Assembly (NCBI GenBank): GCA_965645245.1
Contig: OZ287081.1
Coordinates: 372,001 to 436,000 of the forward strand
Length of the DNA stretch: 64,000 nucleotides
Direction of reading: 5' to 3'
Source: Massalongia carnosa
Lineage: Eukaryota
In this document: positions 36,989-47,306 of the stretch, in pieces
How positions within the stretch are numbered: position 1 is the first letter of the stretch
Layout of the letters: each line of letters opens with the position of its first letter
Position numbers and translations under genes: made by a program
The notes under the pieces: model-generated
Seen by the model: only the letters and a program-made list of their open reading frames with translations
What the model was told of the DNA's origin: nothing
The model's database searches: none

Positions 36989-37345
36989 GGTAGGGGGAGG
37001 AGTCGTTACTAGTTAGACGTAACAGGGTTTCTAGTTGCTGTGTATGCATGTAGAATCTGTGCCCCCATCCAGAGAAAGCGTGGTTTGTTTACAGTTGCTA
37101 AAACTTCCGCGAAGGGATGGAGTTAGCCATGAGGATATAATGCCTATGACACGGATAGTCCTTGGATGCGCTAATGGTATTAAACTAACTTTAGATCAAT
37201 ACACATCCTTACATACAAATCTTGCAGTGTTTACTCAACATCATTTCGGATTTTGTGCGTTTCTCGTACAAATCGAGAAAACTTCATATCAGCACAACTT
37301 AACGACGTCAGGTTATGATAACAACATGCTTTCATATAATCGATA

Positions 37346-37788
37346 CTCGTGTTCACCTCCTTTTGCACCACACCTCGTTGCATGGTTGGCTGAACTGATC
37401 TCTTTTAAAAAGCGGGCGCAAAAAAATAAGAAGATCAACGCTCTTTTTATCTCCTATGTACCTCCCTTTCGCAATCTCTTCCACAGTTTCTTTGCATTTA
37501 CATCAATATTGCTGATTAAACATGTTTATGTTTCTTGATTTGATCGAATTGCAACGTGATAAGTTGAATAGATTATGATTTGCCTGATGTTTTTGATTAT
37601 AATCATGATAGAGGTTGTAAAGGGGTTGAGAAAGAAGATATATAAAAGGTACTTCGTACATAGAAGGTAAAAAGGAGCGTTGATCGTCGAATTTTTTTTG
37701 CGCCTGCTTTTTTAAAAGAGATCAGTTCAGCCAACCATTTTGCAAAGAGGTGTAAGCGAGGCGAATCGAGCGATGTGGGTGGCACAGA
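37346..37788. mobile_element. MITE related to the pogo element at 52.7-54.6 kb
   Basis: About 100-bp imperfect inverted repeats (about 37370-37460 against 37655-37752). The right terminus 37753-37788 matches the pogo TIR at 33/36 and is followed by TA. The left terminus is degenerate, so the start is approximate. Confidence 0.8.
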
Positions 37789-38136
37789 TATCCATTCATG
37801 ATTGCTAACCTACAGAGTATGCTTGCCCGCCTTAGATGGGAGCTTTCCGCGTGTAAGGCAGCCTGCCAGCCTATTACGCATGGTTAGTATCTGTTCTCTG
37901 TACCCGATCCCAGGGCTGAGTAGAAGCGCAGATGTCAGATAGATGATGATGGGCGAAGACCTTTCTTGCTACTACAGAAAAGGGAGATGACTATACAGAG
38001 TGACAGGGCTGAGGGCCAAGCTCGCTTAGTAATGACCATTTTGACAGCAGATTATGTATGGTCAGCCTGACCAGCTTCGATTGGCAAAAAAGCCTTGTTG
38101 CTCGCAGCTGAAGTTGTTCGGTTTCCTCAAACCATT

Positions 38137-40039
38137 ATGGATCCAGTAACAATTATTGGTGCAGCTGGTGCTGTCATTGGCATCATTGATGTTGTTGGCA
38201 AGACTATCAAATCATTGCGTGAACTGCATGATCAACGGAAAGAAGCTGACATGAATATCTTGATTCTCATGTCACAGTTGACTTCGCTGCGAGCGGCGCT
38301 GAACAAGATATCGGAATGGATCTCGTCAGATCTTGCTAATATACCACAGCATCACCAGCTTATCATCGATTTAGAAGACTCTATTACATGCTGTAGAATT
38401 CTTGTTAGAGACATGGACGATCAGATCTCGAAGGCGAATAGGAATGGAGATGCTGAGGGCCTGGATAACAAGATCCGGGTGGTATGGGAAGACAAGGCCA
38501 GCAAGAACTTCCAGAAGTTTATTCAGAGACAGACCAGCGCCCTAACACTACTGCTAACAGCTTGCAATTGGTATATCCTACCAAGATCTTGCTACTTTCT
38601 ACTGTCTAGACTGAACTCATGGGTAGCAAAACCTCCTCCGAACAGAAAGCTTTCCTTGAACAGTCCACAAGTCGAAAAACCTTTAATCAAGTCCGTGATG
38701 ATTCGTCCTGGATGATCGTGCTCCGCGATACGGCTTCTTGTTTTAGCAGCGGTACTCAGTCCACAGAACAGTCGTATAATATTTCGCTGACATTTCCGTT
38801 CGATGCGGAGCTGATGGGCTCTCGAGTTTATCAAAGAGCAGTTCGATCTCTATTCCGACGCCGAAATCGTCCAAACGAAAAGGCGAACGTGGCTTCGACA
38901 AAATCACAATCGATCAACCTATACCTAACACAAGAAACCAAAGACTCCTGCACAAAGTCAAGACAGATTGACGCCATTATCGATGAAAGTCGAAAAGAAA
39001 TGAGAAAAACGTGTAAGATTCTGATGCTAGGTGGACCTAACAGCGGAAAGGACGTTGTTTGGGAAAGAATGAAAATCCTCAACCAAGGGGGATATAACAG
39101 GCAAGTGCGTCTTGGTTACAGAGACAAAGTTTTGTCTACTGTATTTGACGTTTCAAATCTTGTTCTGGATGAATGTACTAGAAGGGGGTTGGACTTTGTT
39201 GCTGAGTCACAAAGGCCGCTCTTGGAAACCTTCATACAACAAGCTTCGTCTCAACATCAACGCTCCTCAGATGATCTGCTTGCCATGAACCGGGAGATAT
39301 TCGCTATCTTGCAAGAATGTGGAGGACAAACAGACCTAAGATCAATGGATGCTATCATTGGCTCGTCAACCTCATAGTGAGTCGCTTGACAACATTTTCC
39401 AGAGTTCATATTTAATCTTATGTTCAAATTAGCTTTATGGAAAACATAGACAGAATCGCCGAACCTGATTACGTACCTACTGCTGCTGACATCCTTCACT
39501 TGCCAGCGTCAGTATTTCAAGAAACGGGAATTCGTGAGATGAAATTAACCATGGGTTTACTGACTCTGGAGGTCCTCACCATTGGAGAACAAGAAAGTGA
39601 AAGGAAAAAATGGCTCCACCTCTTCGAAAACCTTACCTTGATTATATTTGTTGTTGATCTTTGCTTGTATGATCAGAAGATAGAAGGACAACCTGATCAT
39701 AACCAGCTGCAAGAAACTTTGGTTCTCTTCGACGCCATTGTCAACTCCCGGTGGTTCAGGCGTACTTCTATCATCCTATTACTCAACAAATCCGACTTGT
39801 TCAAAACAAGGCTGCGCGAAAGCCCCATGTCAAACCATTTCCCCGATTATCAAGGTGGCGACAATGTAGATAAAGCTGTGAGGTATATCTCACAGCGCTT
39901 CAATCGGCTCAATTGTGCACACCTCCCCCTTTATATGTTTTTGGCCGCATCGACAGATGTATCTTTCTTACGCTTTGTTTTCTCCACTATGAGCGATACA
40001 CTCCTTCATAACGCGTTAAAGGATTTAAAACTCATCTAA
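38137..40039 (+). CDS. Fusion of a fungal HeLo-like (STAND N-terminal type) helical domain to a degenerate G-protein alpha subunit, 596 aa
   Basis: Exons 38137-38570, 38627-39376 and 39433-40039 splice in frame (1791 nt). N-terminus MDPVTIIGAAGAVIGIIDVVGKTIKSL. G-alpha hallmarks KILMLG..SGK, RIAEPDYVPTAADIL, SERKKWLHLFE, IVNSRWFRRTSIILLLNKSD and the C-terminal NALKDLKLI. Confidence 0.88.
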
Positions 40040-40815
40040 AAGACAGCGAGAGTTATAAAGTCGTTGGGAATAGCTACCTCAAGTTGCATGGAGGACTGTT
40101 CTCTGACGCTGTCGAACGATCATCAACAAAGACCACGTATACTACCGAGGAAGTTAGCTAAATGTGCCTTCCCCTCAGGCAAGCCCCAATCTCTAAGGGT
40201 CATTGTAGACCTTTAGCTTTCTGGTCCTCAACGTCGCCTACTATGTCTTTTAATTATCTCTCAGTGGTGTTAGGAAGCATATTCCAATGATTGCGATTGC
40301 CTAGTCCCCCGGGGATCCAGACGAAACGACACGTCCAAAGCCTTCTATTTACAGAACGATATGCTACAATTGACGTTTTTTAAATTTCTGCGCATATTAT
40401 ATCCATCTATCCCTTCTTTTCCACGTCCAATCAAGCAGCTCCACATGTCACGTACATATTGACAACGTAAAATTACGATTCTACCCTATTGAAGGATCTA
40501 TCTTACGCAGCGTGTTGGGAGCGAGGAGAGGAGGGAAGGGGGCCCTTAGGTTCGTGATTCCGAAAAGAAAAACGCTGGATTTACTATATTATATGTCTGT
40601 ATGCAGACCACAGAGGAAAACATCGAAATAGTCTAGAAAAACAAACGCCTCCGTACATACGTCGATCCATCCAAGCTGTGGAGTCAAAAATTCTCTAGCA
40701 TAGCATGAGTTTTCCATCGTCGTTGTCGTCCCGTTTCAAAATGCCACTTCGCTCTCAATTTCACTAGCGGCATCATCAAAAATTCTCGTCTAGGCATCCC
40801 CCTTCCCCTCTCCGA

Positions 40816-42366
40816 TCACCTCTCCTCCTCCGCCGCAAACTCCACAATCCTTCTCCACAGCACCGCTCTCTCCTCTCTCCCAAACCCGACCAAATTCATC
40901 AACTCGGCTATCCCGCCCTTTCCTCCTTCTCGCTCAACACACGGATAACCCGATCCGCTATACCCCTCCATTGCACCCATTTTTCCAGCCATGCGATGTG
41001 CGCATCGGACGAGCGCCACGACAAAAAGCACCCACGCGCGCACGACGTCGGCGTCCAGGCAGCCGGCGTGTTGGCGAAACTCGAGCGTGCGTGGAAGGCC
41101 GTCAGTGCGGGCGGCGTAGAGAAAATTGACGATGTGGTGCTTGCTGGAGCCGCACATGAGGGCGGTGAGGGAGGGGATGGTTTGGGAGGAAGCAAAGATA
41201 AGGGTGCGGGCGAGGGTGTAGGTAGTGTTGACGTCGTCGTCTTCGGGCCAGGATTCGTCGTCGTCGAGAAAGGGAAGAGGCGCAGCGTCCCAGGTGAATT
41301 CTTTGTCCGGGCTGGCGTCGGAGGCGGGAGGAGTGAGCGGGCGGGAGCGGTGGGCGGCGGCGAGGTCGGCTTCGGCGGTGTATTCGAGGTTGAGGGCCTG
41401 CTCTTGGATGTTCTCCAGGTTGGTGATGATGTCCTTGTCGGCGGTAGGGCTGCCCTCGCGGCGGCTGGGCTGGTGGATTGTGCTGATGGCACGCTCGTAC
41501 ATGAACAGCATGTATGCCAGATGCTGCAGGGTGGGGAGGTCGAAGGTAGGGTGTCCAGTGCTGGAATCCTGATTGGGCGGGGTTGCCAAGCCAACGTGCA
41601 CGTGCAGACCGCAGTGGGCGGTGGGGAATGCGCCGTGGAGAGAGGTCCGGTCGCCTTTGAGGAGGGCGAGGTGGGTGGCGATTTCGGCGAAGGAGGCGGA
41701 CGAGAGGGGCAGCACGCGCGAGACGAGCTCGATGCCATGAGAGTCCCATTCAGCGACATTAATCATGCGGGAGCCCAGTTGCGCGGTCAGCGCGGCAGCG
41801 TCGACGCCCACGATGCTGGCATCTTCGCAGAGATGCCAGCGCCGGAAGTCGGTGCGCTTGCCTGACGTGCGGAGGCTATGCGTGTCCAGAGGCCCCGGCA
41901 GCAGTTGCTGCGCGACGGTGAAAATCTCGTCCGCGTACGGGCGGAACCCGAATTGGCGGTGCGCGGTGGTGTATACGTCGTGGAGAGGCGGCTGGCGGTC
42001 TTCATGCCAGAGGACTTGGCTCGTCAGCGCCCAGCCCATGTATTGCGGGTGCGCGAGCAGGTAGTTGTTCCCGCCTGTGCGGAGTTCTTGGCGCTGGTAG
42101 GGGGTGAGGGACCTGATGATGAGGGAGGGGTCGCCGGCGCGGTCGAGCTGGGCTTGGAGGAGCGATTGATGACAGCCGAGGACACATTCAATCTTAACGC
42201 CGAATGTTACTTGGAGCTCGTTCTTGTTGGTGTCCTTGTGGTCGGCGATAGTATTGGGGTTAGCGAGGGCGGTGATGATGAGGGCAAGAAAGCGCTGGAG
42301 GAGAGAGAGAAGGGACAAGATGGCGAGGATAGCGAGAGAGGAAGCGACGCTCATGCTGCCCGACAT
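40816..42366 (-). CDS. Putative amidoligase (Amidoligase_2, COOH-NH2 ligase-like) with hydrophobic N-terminus
   Basis: Intronless ORF with TFGVKIE, WHLCEDASI, GIELVSRVL, CGLHVHVG and TLEFRQHAG. First in-frame ATG at 42366. Confidence 0.8.
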   Translation of the reverse strand: MSGSMSVASSLAILAILSLLSLLQRFLALIITALANPNTIADHKDTNKNELQVTFGVKIECVLGCHQSLLQAQLDRAGDPSLIIRSLTPYQRQELRTGGNNYLLAHPQYMGWALTSQVLWHEDRQPPLHDVYTTAHRQFGFRPYADEIFTVAQQLLPGPLDTHSLRTSGKRTDFRRWHLCEDASIVGVDAAALTAQLGSRMINVAEWDSHGIELVSRVLPLSSASFAEIATHLALLKGDRTSLHGAFPTAHCGLHVHVGLATPPNQDSSTGHPTFDLPTLQHLAYMLFMYERAISTIHQPSRREGSPTADKDIITNLENIQEQALNLEYTAEADLAAAHRSRPLTPPASDASPDKEFTWDAAPLPFLDDDESWPEDDDVNTTYTLARTLIFASSQTIPSLTALMCGSSKHHIVNFLYAARTDGLPRTLEFRQHAGCLDADVVRAWVLFVVALVRCAHRMAGKMGAMEGYSGSGYPCVEREGGKGGIAELMNLVGFGREERAVLWRRIVEFAAEEER

Positions 42367-43569
42367 CTTTTGCAAGGGAAGAGTTGACGGCGGTGGAGAG
42401 AAGAGCGAGCGTGAATTAGTCCAGCGGTTTAAGCGATTCACGACACCAAAGCGATGGGACAAGCCAAAGCGAAGAGAGAGATAAGTTTGGTTCGGGGCCG
42501 AGGAAAGAGGGAGCAAGCGGAAAACCTGAATTGGTCAGGGTGGATGGATGGATGAATGGATGATGAGGGGTGAGGTGAGATGGGAAGGCGCTCTTCTCCA
42601 GTTGGGCATGAAAGATGGGTTGGGTTGGTTCGGATGCGAAAGGTTCTAGGAAGAGGAAGAAGGGAAATATCCGGTTTATATAGTTTACTAAGACCAACAA
42701 TATGATTTGGAAATTCCTATTGTGCACTGTGAAGCGAACTAGCTAACTAGCTATCTGTTGCGGTTGTTGGATATTGTGTACCATGGAATGAATCGAAAGA
42801 TTAGAAAAGTATCAGTAGGAAAAAGTAGAAATTATAGCGGCTTGATGTTGAAGAATAGTGTCGGGTCGGGGTGAATGGGGTGTTGCGCTACCAGAAACCT
42901 GCACCTTCAAAAGTGTTTGTTTTAAAAAAAAAAAACCCCCCGCAGGGAACTTATCGATGGGCGATAGAAAGTAATGTGGCGTCAGTCAGGGCTTGATATG
43001 TGTAGGTACGTGAATGTATACATATATTGGGGGGGTTGGTGCTGGGCCATTGGGGATATACAGAGATACAGAACCATCGGGTTGCCGAGCAGGGGCTTTG
43101 CCCGATCTCTGTGGGGGCGCGGGGGAGGGAGGGAGGGATCTTCGCGCGATCTGGTATGATGAGAGGAGAGGAGGAGAAAAGGAGAATCGGGTGTGAGGTG
43201 GGTGAAGCATTGCGAGCATGCACTGGTGCGTGAGAGAAAAATGTTCAAGAGGAGATTTCGAGAAAAAAAAATATAGGGAGAGATGGGAAGAAAAGGAAGG
43301 CTAAGTTACGCGTTTGAACTTTGTAACAACGTTTGGTGGGTTCAAAAAGGGCAGTGGGTAGTAAGTAGCAAGTATTTTGTTGTGCCCTTCTAGTAATGGG
43401 GTTGGGATAGTGTTCGTTCTTTCCTCGGCGACTTAGCTTTTTCATGATGAAGGGGCAAGAACCTTTTTTCTTGCTCTCACGATGTGATTATTAAGAAGAA
43501 GAATAACAGTTGAAAATCAGACGAAAAGAAAACCTACTGTAGCCTTTGCCCAAACGGTTACCCAGCCCG

Positions 43570-45688
43570 CTAGTGTCCCCTGTCCCCTTCATCGTCGGTA
43601 AAGATCCCCGTGACCCAAACCTTGGCGGATTCGAATTTTGTCACTAGATAGTTCCAGAAATGATAAGCGTCCTGTTCGTCACTTTCATCATGAGCCGTTT
43701 GGTTTTGAGACGTAGCCGTTATCGATTTCGGAGCGGTAGACTTAGCCTCGCTTGTTTCTTGAGGGAGGTCTTGAGGAATCTGGTCGGAAGCAAGAGGATT
43801 ATCCGAATGCAGTCCAATAGGAGTCAATGGCAGGCGTAGTGTGCCGTTGTTGGGCTTGGGCTCTATGCCAAGAGAATCACATACAATGTTGTAAACTTCC
43901 GTGTTTTCTGTACATTATGACCTGTCAGCATTGTTTCATCTTCGAGGACTTCTCTTTCACTCACGAAATATTCCCAGTTCACTATTCGGCTTGTGGGGGA
44001 ACGCTGGACCTTGAGCCACAAATATCGCACGCATCAGAGGATGCTCATGATCGTAACCATGAAGACCTTTGGGATGGTACGTCTGGCCCTTCAACTTAGC
44101 CTCTTTGACATCAAAATCCTCCTTGTGAACAATCGCCCAGCCCGTCTTTGGAACTACCCAAAGTGGCGCAATGCGCTCATTGTTGGAGAAGTGATATCTT
44201 TCCGGCATGTTTTCATCCCGTAAGTAGACATCGAAGTTAGAGTTCTCGATGGACTCAGCCGATAGTGTGTTATAAAGGCCGTCCAAATCACTCGCGTTCT
44301 TCGGTCGTAGCCCATAAAGGGGCCAGCCATCAATGTGCTCCACCAATCCAAGATCTATCAGATCGTCTAACTGTACCAAGCGATCAGTTGAGGTGCTTGC
44401 CATCCCATGATCGCTGACTACAACAATGTTGACTATTTTAGTGAGATTACGACGTTCCAAGCCAGTGAAGAGATCGTGCAACATGGCATCAACTCCCGCG
44501 ATTGTCGCACAGATCTCCGTGCTATTGGGGCCATATTTGTGCCCATCTGCGTCGACCACAGGCACATATGCAGCAATGAATTGCGGCCTTTGAATAATCT
44601 CGGGCGTTTGCCCGATGCTGGGTGTATCAAGGAGTTCCAAGATGCGGTCAACCTTGTTAGATAGCAGTTCATCGGCATTGAATTTATCCAAGAATGTAGG
44701 CTCAAGCTGGATATGAGCTTCGCTTCCCGGCCACATATGTATGGCAGTCTTCACTGACAGCTTTTCAGCAGTCACCCACAATGGCTCTCCTCCAAGCCAC
44801 CATTTCGGCTGCATGCTTCTTTTGGGATCGGTATAGTAAAACTCTTCCTTTAGCTCCGGATCCCAGAACGTATTCCCCACCACTCCGTGGCTCTCAGGGT
44901 AGAGGCCGGTAACGAGAGTATAATGGTTCGGGAACGTGACGCTTGGGAAGCTCGGCAGCATGTATTTTGGCGAGACCCCCTCGGCTATGAAGGAGTTTAG
45001 GGTTGGCGTTATATTGCGGTGTAGGAAGTCCGCGCGGAATCCATCAAGGGAGATGAGAATGGTTGTAGGGGCAAAGTTGGATGACCCGTTCGATAGGAAA
45101 GATGTGGTAGGTCCATTTAGGAATGGATGAGACCCTTGAAAGGCTCCGAGTGTAAGAAGGCCAAAGAGTATCATTACCACTACGGCAATCGAGATATGAC
45201 GCATTGTTTGCCTGCGCTGAGAAGAGAACAATCAGCTTAATCCTATATGACAGTCTGCCGCCACCAACCTTGGATGTTGAAGTGATCCCATTCTTTGCCC
45301 GATCTAGATCCAACGAGCTCGATGATGATTGCGGGCTTGCATCGTCTCTAAGGCCGCCTTCCTCCAACTTATACATCAGCTCACCCTTCTCATAAGGTCT
45401 CCTCCTTCCCCTCCTACTGTTCTGCTTTGAGCTAGAAGGCTTTCTTTGAGTCCTTCTTCTATCCTGGGGACTGAACGGAGCAACGCTGCTTTGAGCATTA
45501 TGGCGAGTCCTGGGACTCAATAATTTCTTCCGTTCCTCCTCTTCTTGTAACAACTCCCGATCTTCCACTTTGACTCTAGGGAAGTTTTGGAGATCAAGGG
45601 CGCTTTCATCTCCGCTGGACTCGGACTGTAGGCCGACAGATAGAGCATCCTCATAACCTGCAGTTTGATGAGTTATTTCTGCGACCAT
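43570..45688 (-). CDS. NPP1: Type I phosphodiesterase / nucleotide pyrophosphatase, type II membrane protein
   Basis: ISLDGFRADF, PSVTFPNHYTLVTGLYPESHG, VSDHGM, HGYD and FQNTEVYNIVCDSLG, with one TM segment. Introns near 45217-45268 and 43910-43963. Confidence 0.92.
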
Positions 45689-47306
45689 CTTAAAATCATC
45701 CTATCTGTCACTTTATGCAGTGCGTGAGGTTCAGTGGTCGACGGAGTTACGAGGCCGCAGGCATCGCAACATTTGCAAGCCGAAACGAGTGAAACGGAAA
45801 GGATGCGGCAAGGTGGCACCGTCGAAGATTAAATATCTTCATGGGTATTTTACGACACCATGCCATCTCAGAACTGAGATTTTGGAACGATTTCAACTTT
45901 TTACGATCGAAACAATTTGTAAAAGGTTGTAAAGTCAAAACCACAGTATTATCTATTTAATTTAATATTCGCAGCATTGAAATCGAAAATTTGAAAACTT
46001 TTCTAAATTTACGATACTTGCGAAATTGGAAAATGTCACACTTGATTACCCGGACGATAAATTTTTGATAGCACAATAAAGTTGTTGTCTATTTTGCAAT
46101 TGAATACAATTTCTAAGTGACATGATACCGTATATCATCATAAACTTACAGCAGGATTCGGAGGAACATGAGTTATCATGTCATGTTGCGATCGCAGAAT
46201 TACTTCCGGATATACAATGTTATCCGTTTTTCCGTCATTTCGTTCCGGAAACAACACACAATCGAGACACATCCGTAACTCGAGATAATGCCACATAAAA
46301 CTGACCATGAGTAAAAGGAGGAGCTCGCAAATCGACTCCTACTGTGTCCAATGATTGACCTTGCAACTTGTTGACAGTCATAGCAAAGCACAATCGTATG
46401 GGAAATTGTTTGCGATTTATGATCCAGGGCAACTCGCCTTCCGTGGTATTAAGAAGAATCCGGGGAATTAATCGCGTTTCACCGTTGAATTCTCCTCCCA
46501 AAATCTTTCCCTCTAGACAGGTCCGCGAAATGTGAGTAAGACGTAATCGGGTGCCGTTACAGAGACCAAGTTTGGGATATAAATTCCGCAACAAAATAAT
46601 CGGAGCTCCAAGTTTCAGTTGCAATTGTGAAGGAGGTAAAGACGATGTTTGCAAGGTTTGTAAAAACTCGGGAGGAAGAAAGTCTCCTCGTTCCTGCGCC
46701 GTATCGTTCTCTATTTGATCAACGGAATTCAAGGTGTGCGAATCGCCCTGCAATTTATTCAGTATTGCACCGTTTAACTCCGCGACGATATCGTTTCGCA
46801 AAGTCAAAATTGCTCGACTTGCGAAAAAACCCGCATCCAGATGAGCTTGCCGCATGCGATCCGAAGGAAAACCGGTGTCCACGAAACTGTCTAAGTTGTT
46901 CAATTGATTGACTTGTTCCGATAGCTGAACACGACCGTAAAAAGCAGGATCATAAGACATTTTCCCGATCCAGTCCGCAAACGCCTCATTGGCGACTCCG
47001 TTACGAATTCGCATGTTTTGACGCAAAAACAGTTTTTGAAATCGCGGCCACAGAAAGGTGTTTTGAATGTTCGCCGCAACGATGGCTTCCCGATTTCCAC
47101 GGGGAACAACGGGCAAGATTTGAGCGAAATCTCCGCCTAACACCATCGGAATACCTCCTAAAAGATCGTCATTGCCTAAAAGGTCTGTAAAAGTGCGATG
47201 TACGGCCATGAAGCATTGTTTGTGTTGCATCGGCACCTTATCGCAAATTAATGCTGTGCGTTGCAAAAGACCGTGTAAATGCGTGTTGCGGGTGATATTA
47301 CACATG

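Noticed and set aside
40908..42484. Several overlapping ORFs around the amidoligase-like gene
   Set aside because: Alternative-frame or antisense products of high GC content.
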